From Bryobacterales bacterium (GTDB taxonomy: Bacteria > Acidobacteriota > Terriglobia > Bryobacterales > UBA6623), in assembly GCA_963422375.2 (NCBI GenBank), contig CAXXKD010000001.1, forward strand, positions 288,001-352,000: a stretch of DNA of 64,000 nucleotides. Direction: 5' to 3'. Below the pieces are notes generated by a model, which was not told where the DNA came from, did no database searches, and saw only the letters and a program-made list of their open reading frames with translations. A program made the position numbers and the translations under genes. Shown here piece by piece: positions 41,940 through 51,201 of this stretch. Positions within the stretch are counted from its first letter, which is position 1; the number at the start of each line of letters is the position of its first letter.

Positions 41940-43313
41940 CTAGCCTTCCTTCTCCAGAGTGGTCAGCACCTCGCGCAGCAGCTCGCCGTACTCCGCCTTC
42001 TCGGGCGACACGAACGAGCACAGCCCGAGATCCTCCTCGAGCAGCTCCAGCGCCCCAAGCTCCTCGGCCCGCTCCGGGTTGGCGGCCAGGAGGGAGCGGA
42101 GCAGGGGGGCCGGCAGGATGTCCATGGGCATGACCCGCTCGTAGACGCCCACCGGAACCATCGCGCGCACCGAGCCGTTGGTGGTCGTCGTGAACCGGTA
42201 CTTGCTGCGGGGAATCCACTTGCCGAGAAACGTCCGCAGCAGGGAAAACGTGGCCGTGCCGGGCGCCAGCCAGCCCAGCAGGTGCCGCCGGGTGTCCTCG
42301 GGCAGCGCGCACACCTGGTGATGGAAGCGTCCCACGTACCCGAAGACCGGTCCCTCGGCACGCCGTCCCGACAGCACCGACCCGGAAATGACCCGCGCCC
42401 GGTCGGCGGACAGCTCGCGCTCGGTGAGGGCCTCCGTGGAAGCCCCGATGCGGGTCCGCAGCAGGCGCGGGCGGGCTACGGCCGGCCCCGCCAGGGAGAC
42501 CACCCGGTCGACCGGCAGCCTGCCCGTCGCGAAAAGCGCGCCGATGGCGATCGTGTCTTGGTATCCAACGTGCCACACCTGCTTGTTGCGGTCCACCGGA
42601 TCGAGCAGGTGGATGTGGAGCCCGGCTGTCCCGCTGGGGTGGGGCCCCTCGAACTCCTCCAGCCTGACGCCGCTCGCCGCGGGCGCCTCGACGCCCGAGC
42701 GGCGCGCCTTGCAGACGTATATCGGCGCGTCGTTCGCGACTTGGCGCAGGGCGATCACGCCGCGCGCGAAGTGCTCCTCGCGGCCCCGCAGGACGGCGTC
42801 GACGTCCGGAGCCAGAGGGGCGGAGTCGGCGGCTGTCACGAAGATCGAGTGAGGCTCGCCGTCGATGGCGGGCACGCGCCCGAAGGGCCGCGCCCGCAGG
42901 GCGGTCCAGAGGCCCGACTCGACTAGCAGCCGGCGCACGCTGGCGCCGGCCAGCTCCGCCGGATGCCGGCCCTCGTAGGACTTGAAGGAGATGCAGTCGC
43001 CGTGGCCCGCCTGCTCGGCCGCATCCAGCTGCAGCACGACCGATTGCAGCGCGCGCCGGTCGCCGCGGTTGATGGCGGTCACGCGCCCGGCGCCCGGGGC
43101 GGTATAGCGCACGCCGGGCGTCTTCTTGTCCTCGAACAGCGCCTGGCCGCGACGGACAGAGTCACCTACCGTGACGAACATGGTCGGCTTCATGCCTACG
43201 TAGTCCTCGGCGAGAAGGGCGACTCGCCCCGCCGAGGGTGCTTGGTCGATCTCTTGCGCCGGGCGGCCCGTGATGGGCAGGTCCAAGCCCTTGCGAATCT
43301 TGTGGACGGCCAT
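41940..43313 (-). CDS. nqrA: Na+-NQR subunit A
   Basis: [43 protein letters not shown] end. Confidence 0.97.
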   Translation of the reverse strand: MAVHKIRKGLDLPITGRPAQEIDQAPSAGRVALLAEDYVGMKPTMFVTVGDSVRRGQALFEDKKTPGVRYTAPGAGRVTAINRGDRRALQSVVLQLDAAEQAGHGDCISFKSYEGRHPAELAGASVRRLLVESGLWTALRARPFGRVPAIDGEPHSIFVTAADSAPLAPDVDAVLRGREEHFARGVIALRQVANDAPIYVCKARRSGVEAPAASGVRLEEFEGPHPSGTAGLHIHLLDPVDRNKQVWHVGYQDTIAIGALFATGRLPVDRVVSLAGPAVARPRLLRTRIGASTEALTERELSADRARVISGSVLSGRRAEGPVFGYVGRFHHQVCALPEDTRRHLLGWLAPGTATFSLLRTFLGKWIPRSKYRFTTTTNGSVRAMVPVGVYERVMPMDILPAPLLRSLLAANPERAEELGALELLEEDLGLCSFVSPEKAEYGELLREVLTTLEKEG

Positions 43314-43612
43314 ATGCCTTTCGTTGCCGTGCTGCCCGCGCGCCCTGCCCGTGGTGCCGCCTTGGCGTCAGTCCTTCAACGGAGGGCCGACGGGGCGCGG
43401 TGCCGCGACGGCGCGATTGCCTTGGCCGAACGGCGCGGACGCCGGCATCGATGGGCCGCCGGAGCGTCGGCTCTGGGGAGGGGGGAGCATGGGGCCGCGA
43501 GGATGGGGCGCGTCGAGGCCGTCACCGGCGACGTCTCCCATTGTAGCCGTTCGGGAGGTGCCGCCGGAGGTGTCGCGCAGGCACGCTGAGCGAGCGCCGC
43601 GGGAGGCCCGGA

Positions 43613-43640
43613 TTCGCGGGGGGGGGGGGGGGGGTATAAT
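43613..43640 (+). promoter_or_regulatory. Candidate promoter with G17 spacer and TATAAT upstream of thiS
   Basis: TTCGC-G17 (43618-43634)-TATAAT (43635-43640)-6 nt-ATG. Confidence 0.6.
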
Positions 43641-43646
43641 GCTCCA

Positions 43647-43886
43647 ATGATTCCTGCAGCAGTCTCGGTCGATGGGCCGGTAGCCCTCGTCGTCACGCTG
43701 AACGGCGAGCCGCGCAGCCTGCAAGGGCCCATCTCGCTGCTTGGCTTGGTGGACGGGTTGGGACTCGACGGGAGTGCGGTCGCCATCGAGCGAAATCGCG
43801 AGATCGTCCGGCGGAGCCAGTGGCCCCGGACGGCGATGCGCGACGGCGACAGGATCGAGGTCGTGCATTTCGTCGGGGGCGGCTAG
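43647..43886 (+). CDS. thiS: Sulfur carrier protein ThiS
   Basis: LNGE, VAIERNREIV, GDRIEVVHFVGGG. Confidence 0.9.
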   Translation: MIPAAVSVDGPVALVVTLNGEPRSLQGPISLLGLVDGLGLDGSAVAIERNREIVRRSQWPRTAMRDGDRIEVVHFVGGG

Positions 43887-43996
43887 AGTGGAGCCGTCTA
43901 GGCGGTCCGGTACGCTGCATTGCTGGCTGACGCGCCACCGTCACGGGGGGGCGCGGGAGAAGGACTAGCTCGGCTAGGCCGGAGGAATCGGGGAGT

Positions 43997-44502
43997 TTGA
44001 CAGTGGAACGTGAGTACAACACTCGCGAAGTGAGGAGCGTGACCGGTGCCAGTCTCCGTCAGCTCCAGTGGTGGGACGAGCGAGGTGTCGTCTCGCCAAC
44101 CCAACGGGGACACCGACGGCTGTACACCAGTGTCGAGGTCCTCAAGGTTTCGCTCATTATGGGACTTCGAGAAAAAGGGATTTCCTTCGCAAGGTGCGGC
44201 AGATTCTTGACCAGCTGCGCAGCGACGACGGGCAATCGTTCTTTAACATGCATCGTAAGGGCGCTCGCGTACTGATGCTGACCGACGGTGAGTCGGTCCA
44301 CGTCGAGACGGCCGCTGATCGCATTGTCGAGATCCTAGTCAGGTCCGAACTGCCGATCCATGTCCTTTGTATTTCCGACTACATCGAGAGGCTCGAGCCG
44401 GAGCGAGCGCGAATGGAGCCCGGCGCGCAGAGAAAGCCCGTGCGAAGCGAGCTGAGCGGCGGCTCCCGGCCCGTCCGACCGCGCGCTGCCAAGGCGTCCT
44501 GA
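43997..44502 (+). pseudogene. MerR-family transcriptional regulator with a single frameshift
   Basis: SLRQLQWWDERGVVSP...HRRLY...LREKGIS continues in the -1 frame as LRKVRQIL...LTDGE; one extra C at about 44185 would restore a single ORF. Confidence 0.8.
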
Positions 44503-44516
44503 GATGTGCGCGGCCC

Positions 44517-45839
44517 TCAGTGCCGTCTGCGGGCGCGCGACCTGACTACGAGCGGGGTGCCCTCGAACCCGAAGCGCGCGCGCAGCTGGTTGGCGAGGTA
44601 GCGTTCCAGGCCGAAGTGGAAGGGGCCCCGGAGGCTGCTGAAGAAGAGGAAGGTCGGAGGGCGCGTGCTGACTTGCGTGCAGTAGGACAGCTTGGGCTTC
44701 CTCGGGCCGGGCACGGTCACCCGCTCGAGGTCGAGCTCCGCTAGGAACCGGTTCAGCTCTCCCGTCGGAATGCGCCGCCGCGCGGCGCGGTCGGCCTTCT
44801 TGATCAGCGGGAACAGGCTCTCGGCGCGCAGGCCGGTCCGCGCGGAGACGCAGGCGACCGGGGCGTACTGGAGCACCTTGAGCTGCTCGCGCACGTGCCG
44901 CCGGAACGCGGCTTGGGGCTGCTCCGCGAGATCCCACTTGTTCGCTACGACGATGCAAGCCTTGCCCGCCTCGTGGGCGTAGCCGGCGATGTGGGTGTCC
45001 TGGGCGGTGACGCCCTGCGCCGGATCCACGAGCAGCAGCGCCACATCCGCCATCCGCAGGTGGCGCCGGGCCATGACGACGCTCAGCTTCTCGGCCGTCT
45101 CGCGGGTCTTGCCCATGCGTCGTATGCCCGCCGTGTCCACGAACTCGAAGCGCTGGCCGCGGTGCTCGGCCAGGGCGTCCACCGCGTCTCGCGTCGTCCC
45201 GGGAACGGGCGACACGATGGAGAACTCGCCGCCGGTGAGGCGGTTCAGCAGGGTCGACTTCCCGACGTTGGGGCGCCCGAGGATCGCTACGCGGACCGGG
45301 CGGCCCCCGTCCCGCTCGCCGTCGCCGGGCGGGCCGGCCGCGCCCGGAGCGGCGGCGTCCAGCAGCGCGTCGACTCCCCGCCCGTGCTCGGCCGAGATTG
45401 GGAACACGGCGCCGAAGCCCAGCTCGCCGAAGGCGCCGGCGTGGTCGTCGAGGGCGGGCGTGTCGCACTTGTTGACGGCGAGGCTGACCGGCCGCCCGCT
45501 GCGGCGCAGCAGGTCCGCCAGCTCGCGGTCGGCCCGCGCGAGTTCGGTGCGGCCGTCGACGACGAAGAGGACGTGATCGGCTTCGCCGATGGCCGCCACG
45601 ACCCCCTCTTCGACCAGGGCCGGGACGCCGTCACCGGCGAAGAACGTCATGCCGCCGGTGTCGGTGACCTCGAAGGGCCTGCCGTTCCAGCTGGCCCGCA
45701 TCCGGATCCGGTCGCGGGTCATGCCCGGATAGTCGCCGACGATCGAGCGGCGCGACTTGGTGATGCGGTTGAAGAGCGTGGACTTACCCACGTTCCGGCG
45801 CCCGACGATGACGAGTTGCGGAGGCCTCACGGTCTCCAT
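44517..45839 (-). CDS. der: Ribosome biogenesis GTPase Der (EngA)
   Basis: Two G domains: GRRNVGKST / DTGG / NKCD and GRPNVGKST / DTAG / NKWD; C-terminal FGFEGTP. Confidence 0.97.
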   Translation of the reverse strand: METVRPPQLVIVGRRNVGKSTLFNRITKSRRSIVGDYPGMTRDRIRMRASWNGRPFEVTDTGGMTFFAGDGVPALVEEGVVAAIGEADHVLFVVDGRTELARADRELADLLRRSGRPVSLAVNKCDTPALDDHAGAFGELGFGAVFPISAEHGRGVDALLDAAAPGAAGPPGDGERDGGRPVRVAILGRPNVGKSTLLNRLTGGEFSIVSPVPGTTRDAVDALAEHRGQRFEFVDTAGIRRMGKTRETAEKLSVVMARRHLRMADVALLLVDPAQGVTAQDTHIAGYAHEAGKACIVVANKWDLAEQPQAAFRRHVREQLKVLQYAPVACVSARTGLRAESLFPLIKKADRAARRRIPTGELNRFLAELDLERVTVPGPRKPKLSYCTQVSTRPPTFLFFSSLRGPFHFGLERYLANQLRARFGFEGTPLVVRSRARRRH

Positions 45840-45885
45840 AACCGCGATGGTATCAGCCGCCCGGGCGCGCCCGCGCGAGCCGGTC

Positions 45886-47994
45886 TCAACTCGCCGCGGC
45901 CCTGACGCCGAGATCCTTGCCGTCCATGCGGGCCGGGGGCTCGAATCCGAACAGGCTGAGAGCGGTCGGCGCCATGTCCTCGATCCCAGGATCCTCGGCC
46001 CCGAAGTCCCGGTTGCAGAACACGACCCCGGGGATCTGCGGCGGATCCACGCAATGGTCACCGCTCCACGCCTTGGTGTTGTCCTCGAAGACCGGCCCGG
46101 ACACCTTGCCCAGCGCGACGCCCCACGAGCAGCGGTAGCCGGGGTTGTATCCCACCACGATGTCGGGCGCCGCCGCGAGGTACGGCCCGCTGTATATCTC
46201 GTTCTTGGGATACGCGCGGCGCACGGCCTCGGCGTCCAGCTCGGTGTCCCGGAGCCCCGTCAGCTTCGACGCGATCTCCGCGCGGAGGCTGTCCGCCTGC
46301 TCGCCCGGGACGATGCCGCGCTTCTCCCGGCCCTCGACGTTGAGGTAGATGCCTGCCAGGCCGAAGCTATAGGCCCGCGTGCGGGTCCAGTCGACGCCGC
46401 GCAGCCAGGCCTCTTCGCGGGCGCCCTCCCGCGCCGCGAGATAGCCCTCGCGCTCCAGCCAGGCGTTCAGGTTGACTCCGCGCCGGAACGACTTGAAGCC
46501 GTGGTCGGACAGCACGAACAACACCGTGCGCTCGTCCGCGTGCCGCATCGCCTTGCCCACGATGCGGTCCATGTGCGCGTAGAGCGCCTCAATCGCGCCG
46601 GCGTGCCGGTCGGCGGAACGCCCGTTCGCGGCGTGGGCCGGATGGGACGGCTCGAGGTAGCGGTAGAACATGTGCTGGACGCGGTCCGGCGTGTCGAACA
46701 CGCAGGCGACGACGCCCCTGCGCGTGCGCTCGAGAGCGGACTCGAACATCGCCTCGCGCTCGGCGCAGATCTGGCCGGCCTGCTCGAGAAACGAGTCCTC
46801 GTCGATCACGCGCTCGTTGAGTGCCCACGTGTCCTCGGCCAGCCCCAGCGTCGAGTAGTCGCCCAGCAGCTTCGCCAGGTAGGGCGCGTAATACGGCGGG
46901 TGCGAGACCGGCAGGGCCGGCTTTTCCGGATCGATCGCGATGGGGGACAGATACAGCCGCACGTGCGGCTCGAGGGCGGCTAGGCGGAACTGGCCGATGC
47001 CGGTCACCCTCACGCCGAGGCCGGCGCGGAATGTCAGCCGGATCCAAGGCGTGAAGCGGTCGGCGGCCACCTCGTAGGAGGCCCGCCCGATCCTTAGGCG
47101 GCCGCGGCGCGCGGGACGGTCCAGCCGCAGCCGGAAGGGGATGCGCAGGTCGCCCGCGCCCTCGCGCATCGGGTTGTCCGGGCCGCGGATCTCGCCGCGG
47201 AAGTCCTCGCCGTCCCCGCGCAGCGGATGGCAGGCCCCCGCCTCCTCGAAGTCGGCGCCGCCCGGCGCGTTCGTGAAGACCTGGAAGCTGCCTTGGGTGC
47301 CGAGCAGGTCCGGCGTGCACATCGCCGACAGCAGGCGCCCTTCGAACGGCTCCGGCGGGAACGTGATCGGGACCCGCAGGATGGTCGAGCTCACGTGGCG
47401 GTCTCCTAGCAGCGACCAGAAGGGGCGGCTCTTGCGCCGCATTTCCACGGCCGGCTTGGCGAGCGGTATCCTCCAAGGCCCGACATTCCAGATTCGAGAG
47501 GGCCCGTGCACCCGCGAGGACGACAGCTCCGGGCGGTAGGTGCGGAGATTCCTGCTGAGAAAGTCGAAGAGATTGTGCTTGCCCGGGTTGGACCCCGTGG
47601 CGAAGGTCGCCCACGCGACCGGCGACAGCGGGGGGAAGGTGGTCCGCAGCCGGCTGTAGCGGCCGCGCGCCCGGAGCGCGGCGAGGTTCGGCAGCTTGCC
47701 CTCGGCGAGGTACTTCTCCACGAGATCGGGCTCGAGGCCGTCCAGTCCCAGGAAGATCAGCTTGCGGATCTTGGCCCTGCGGTAGCCCTGCGCGCCGCGC
47801 AGGGCGCGCCAGGCCATGCGGAACGGCAGGAGCGCGAAGGCGAACAGCCCCCCTAGGGCGGCGGCCAGCAGGCTGAACAGCGAGCCGACGAAGGCGAAGC
47901 CCGCCCCCGGGCCGACGTAGGCCTCGAGCGGCGCCCCCGCCACCAAGGCGGCCGCGACAGCCGCGAGACGCCAGGATCGAGCGGTATTCGCCAA
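45886..47994 (-). CDS. Alkaline phosphatase superfamily (type I phosphodiesterase/nucleotide pyrophosphatase-like) protein
   Basis: LGLDGLEP, PPLSPVAWATFATG.NPGKH, DRVQH, LSDHGF, WSGDH; probable TTG start at 47994 with signal peptide. Confidence 0.88.
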   Translation of the reverse strand: MANTARSWRLAAVAAALVAGAPLEAYVGPGAGFAFVGSLFSLLAAALGGLFAFALLPFRMAWRALRGAQGYRRAKIRKLIFLGLDGLEPDLVEKYLAEGKLPNLAALRARGRYSRLRTTFPPLSPVAWATFATGSNPGKHNLFDFLSRNLRTYRPELSSSRVHGPSRIWNVGPWRIPLAKPAVEMRRKSRPFWSLLGDRHVSSTILRVPITFPPEPFEGRLLSAMCTPDLLGTQGSFQVFTNAPGGADFEEAGACHPLRGDGEDFRGEIRGPDNPMREGAGDLRIPFRLRLDRPARRGRLRIGRASYEVAADRFTPWIRLTFRAGLGVRVTGIGQFRLAALEPHVRLYLSPIAIDPEKPALPVSHPPYYAPYLAKLLGDYSTLGLAEDTWALNERVIDEDSFLEQAGQICAEREAMFESALERTRRGVVACVFDTPDRVQHMFYRYLEPSHPAHAANGRSADRHAGAIEALYAHMDRIVGKAMRHADERTVLFVLSDHGFKSFRRGVNLNAWLEREGYLAAREGAREEAWLRGVDWTRTRAYSFGLAGIYLNVEGREKRGIVPGEQADSLRAEIASKLTGLRDTELDAEAVRRAYPKNEIYSGPYLAAAPDIVVGYNPGYRCSWGVALGKVSGPVFEDNTKAWSGDHCVDPPQIPGVVFCNRDFGAEDPGIEDMAPTALSLFGFEPPARMDGKDLGVRAAAS

Positions 47995-48014
47995 TGCGAT
48001 GCCTGCGCGGCCGC

Positions 48015-48590
48015 CTAGGCCGAGTCCGGCGGGCCCGTGAACCTCGTCGCGCGAATCAGCCGTCCGGCGTGGGCCCGCGCCGCGAATGCCAGCAGCACCG
48101 GCAGCGCGAACGGCAGGGACGCCGCCTGCGCCGCCTTGCGGCGGAATTCCGGGTTCTCCAGCACGCTGCGCGAGATCCCGATCCGCAGGGCCTTGCGCCA
48201 ATTGGAGCGGTCCAGCCAGACCAGCCCGCCGCTCTCGTCCGCCAGCAGGATCTTGGCCGGCAGCAGGGCTGCCAGGGCGAGCTTCCAAGTCGCTAGCAGC
48301 GGGCTGTCCCCGCACAGGATCGCGGCCGCCGCGTGGCGCTCGCGGCGGATGCGCCGCAGCAGCCGCCAGCGTCCGGAGCTGTCGGTGACCTCGTAGCTGC
48401 GCCACGTGCGGGCGGCCGCGCCCAGTCCGGTCGGCTCGCCCGGCACGCAGGTGAACAGGTCGATCGGAGCGTCGCCGCAGACCGAATCCCGCAGAAGCGG
48501 AATCAGGCGCTGGGCGTGCGGCCGAGGTCCGCTCTCGACGAGCAGAATGCGTTTCAGGGACGGAGCGTCCCTGCGCATGAACCGTTTCAC
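48015..48590 (-). CDS. Hypothetical protein
   Basis: RILLVESG..., coding-like sequence, -10 box 8 nt upstream; no family recognised. Confidence 0.7.
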   Translation of the reverse strand: MKRFMRRDAPSLKRILLVESGPRPHAQRLIPLLRDSVCGDAPIDLFTCVPGEPTGLGAAARTWRSYEVTDSSGRWRLLRRIRRERHAAAAILCGDSPLLATWKLALAALLPAKILLADESGGLVWLDRSNWRKALRIGISRSVLENPEFRRKAAQAASLPFALPVLLAFAARAHAGRLIRATRFTGPPDSA

Positions 48591-48622
48591 GGACTAACAG
48601 CATAGCGCGCTAGAATTGCCTT

Positions 48623-48970
48623 ATGGTCGCCGTTCGCTTCTATCACAAGCCCAGTTGAACGAGCTGCCGCAAGGCTAGGAGGTTCCTGGCCGACCGGGGC
48701 GCCGAGCTCGAGTTGGTCGATCTCGGCAAGGGGCTCAGCGTCGAGCAGCTCGACGCGCTGATCGGCGCTCGGGACCATCTGGCCTTTCTGAACACGCGCA
48801 ACGCCCTCTATCGCGAGAGGCGCATGAAGGCCAGCCCGCCGTCCCGGCAGGAAGCCCTGCGCCTCATGGCCGCGCACCCCAACCTCATCAAGCGCCCGGT
48901 CGCGGTCCGGGGCGAGTCGGTCGCGGTCGGTTTCGACCCGGACGGCCTGTCCGCGGTGTGCGACGCCTAG
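48623..48970 (+). CDS. ArsC/Spx-family thioredoxin-fold selenoprotein (UxxC), 115 aa
   Basis: ATG 48623 gives MVAVRFYHKPS-TGA(48656)-TSCRKARRFL..., in frame with ORF 48713..48970 (HPNLIKRP, VGF). The TGA occupies the first Cys of the CxxC(R)KA motif. Confidence 0.85.
48673..48691 (+). promoter_or_regulatory. Candidate bacterial SECIS hairpin
   Basis: GGCTAGG-AGGTT-CCTGGCC stem-loop starting 14 nt after the TGA; the loop resembles the AGGU of the E. coli fdhF SECIS. Confidence 0.6.
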
Positions 48971-48980
48971 GCGACGGGAC

Positions 48981-49056
<76 letters not shown>

Positions 49057-49075
49057 CCGGTCCTGCGACCGACCG

Positions 49076-49150
49076 TGGAGCGGGAGACGGGAATCGAACC
49101 CGCAACCAACAGCTTGGAAGGCTGTGACTCTACCATTGAGTTACTCCCGC
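49076..49150 (-). tRNA. tRNA-Gly(TCC)
   Basis: GCGGGAG...CAGC-CTTCCAA-GCTG...GTTCGATTCC...CCA. Confidence 0.97.
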
Positions 49151-49184
49151 TGTCGCGCTAGGCGCACGGCCGCGACCCGACGCT

Positions 49185-49260
49185 TGGAGCCGGCGAGAGG
49201 ACTCGAACCCCCGACCGTCTGATTACAAATCAGATGCTCTGCCAACTGAGCTACGCCGGC
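49185..49260 (-). tRNA. tRNA-Thr(TGT)
   Basis: GCCGGCG...TCTGA-TTTGTAA-TCAGA...GTTCGAGTCC...CCA. Confidence 0.97.
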
Positions 49261-49350
49261 TCGCGGCTCTTATCGTAGCACCCGGGAGCGGCGCGGGACC
49301 GGGAGGCACCCGATGCGTCCGCGACGGATCTCTCGCCTCGAGCCCGCGGG

Positions 49351-49424
49351 TGGCTGGGAGGCAGGGATTCGAACCCCGATAAACAGATCCAGAGTCTGCC
49401 GTGTTACCGTTACACCACCTCCCA
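49351..49424 (-). tRNA. tRNA-Gln(CTG)
   Basis: TGGGAGG...CAGA-CTCTGGA-TCTG...GTTCGAATCC...GCCA; a TATAAT box lies upstream at about 49452-49457. Confidence 0.96.
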
Positions 49425-49580
49425 GCAGATGCGGTTCAACGCCTGCGATCATTATACCCCCGGCCCCGCCCGGGATTCCGAGACGGCGTCGCGGGCCGGG
49501 CAGCGACCGGGCCGCTTCGTGCGAAGCTAGTGGTTTGACGTGACGGCGGGCGGCAGCGCGCCGGGGACAGTTGGCCCGAC

Positions 49581-50549
49581 GTGAGAATCGTATTCGTAGG
49601 AGCCGGCGGTGTCGGCGGCTACTTCGGGGGGCGCATGGCGCAGGCCGGGCGCGACGTGTCATTCCTGTTGCGTCCCGCGAGCGCCCGCGCCCTGCGGTCG
49701 AACGGACTTCGCATCACCAGCCCGGCAGGCGATTTCTTCCTCCCGGAGCCCAGGGTCCTCGACGGCGAGAAGCCCTCGGGCGGAGTCGAGATCCTCTTCT
49801 TCGCATGCAAGGCCGAGCACCTCAAGACGGCCGCCGAACTCGCGCGACCGCTGGTCGGAGAATCGACCGTGGTCATCCCGCTGCTGAACGGCGTCGAGGC
49901 ACCCGACACGCTGTGCGAGCTCTTGAGGCCTGAGCGGGTCGTGGGCGGGTTCAGCCGGATCTTCGCCGAGCGGCGCTCCCCGGGCAACATCGTGCATACG
50001 GGCCTGCCCCAGCCCACGATCATTGTCGGCGAGCGCGGAGGAGGCCGCTCGGCGCGGCTTGCCAAGGTGCTGCGGCACCTTTTCTCCGTGGAGGGCATGG
50101 CCATTGACGAGTCGGCCGACATCTGGACCGACCTGTGGAAGAAGCTCGTGGCTGTCTGCACATTGGGTGTCGTCGGCGCAGTCACGCGGGCGCCCGCGGG
50201 CGCCTTGTTCCAGGTGCCTGAGACGCGCGACTTCATGGTTTCCGTCGCCGACGAGATCGCCTCTGTAGCGCGCGCGCAGGGCGCAGCGATCGCTCCGGGA
50301 TTCGCTTCCAAGCAGGTCCGCCAGTTCCGGCGCCTGCCGTACGGCACCACCGCCTCCATGCATCGCGACTTGGAGCGCGGTGAGCCCTCGGAACTGGAGG
50401 CGCAACTCGGCGCCGTGCGCCGCTACGCCCGGGAGTCGCAGGTGATGACGCCGGTGCTCGACACGGTCTACGCAGCGCTGCTGCCGGGCGAGCTGCGGGC
50501 GCGCCGGAGGCTGGTCTACCCGAGCGTGGACCCCCGCCCGGCGGCTTGA
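49581..50549 (+). CDS. panE: Ketopantoate reductase family protein
   Basis: GAGGVGGYFG, PLLNGV, LWKK, ASMHRDLERG.PSE. Confidence 0.88.
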   Translation: MRIVFVGAGGVGGYFGGRMAQAGRDVSFLLRPASARALRSNGLRITSPAGDFFLPEPRVLDGEKPSGGVEILFFACKAEHLKTAAELARPLVGESTVVIPLLNGVEAPDTLCELLRPERVVGGFSRIFAERRSPGNIVHTGLPQPTIIVGERGGGRSARLAKVLRHLFSVEGMAIDESADIWTDLWKKLVAVCTLGVVGAVTRAPAGALFQVPETRDFMVSVADEIASVARAQGAAIAPGFASKQVRQFRRLPYGTTASMHRDLERGEPSELEAQLGAVRRYARESQVMTPVLDTVYAALLPGELRARRRLVYPSVDPRPAA

Positions 50550-50554
50550 GCCGT

Positions 50555-51127
50555 TCAGTCCTTCAGCCGCCCGGCGACCTCGGCCAGCCTGGCCCCGAGC
50601 TTGCGCGCCTCCTCCAGCTCGTGCTCGCCGACGCCCTTCTCGTGCTCCGGGACGCCCGTCGTGGCGGACGCGCCCAGCCCGCCGTAGGGCGTGACGAGCA
50701 CCATGCCGTACTGCAGCAGGCCGAGCGCCATGCTCAGCATCGTGAATTCCTTGCCGTTCGACGGGGCCCCTCCCGTGGCGAAGACCGCGCAAGCCTTGTT
50801 CTCCAGGCCGCGGCTGCGCCAGAAGCCCAGCCCGTAGGCCCAGTCGACCAAGGCCTGCCTGACCTCCACCGCGACGTCGCCCATGTGGACGGGCGAGCCC
50901 AGCGCGACGCCGTCGGCCTTCTGAAGATCCTCGCGGGTCACGTCGCCGATTCTCTTCAGCACGGCTTCCGCGCCGCCGTTCCGCGCGCCCTCGGCGAGAG
51001 CCTCGGCCATGGTCTCGGTGTTGCCCGTTCGCGAGTGGTATGCCACCAGCACGGTCACGTCCGCCGCCAGCGCGGCCGCGGCCAGCGTCGCCAGCGCGGC
51101 CAGGCGGGCGAATGCCCTGGGCGTCAT
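50555..51127 (-). CDS. Flavodoxin / WrbA-like NAD(P)H-dependent oxidoreductase with signal peptide
   Basis: MTPRAFARLAALATLAAAALA then VLVAYHSRTGNTETMA, ADGVALGSPVHMG, FATGG..NGKE, ARKLGARLA. Confidence 0.88.
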   Translation of the reverse strand: MTPRAFARLAALATLAAAALAADVTVLVAYHSRTGNTETMAEALAEGARNGGAEAVLKRIGDVTREDLQKADGVALGSPVHMGDVAVEVRQALVDWAYGLGFWRSRGLENKACAVFATGGAPSNGKEFTMLSMALGLLQYGMVLVTPYGGLGASATTGVPEHEKGVGEHELEEARKLGARLAEVAGRLKD

Positions 51128-51201
51128 AGGTGGTGCCTCCCCGGACGAGTCGCGGGGCTCGGCCCAGTGTACTCCCCTGTCGGCGGCCCGGCCCCTGGGC
51201 G

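Noticed and set aside
43330..43640. TPP riboswitch upstream of thiS
   Set aside because: No recognisable TPP core, and the -10 box sits 6 nt from the ATG, leaving no leader.
44165..44195. Programmed -1 frameshift in the MerR gene at GAAAAAGGG
   Set aside because: Not a canonical slippery heptamer in frame; homology places the shift after ATT TCC, consistent with one lost C.
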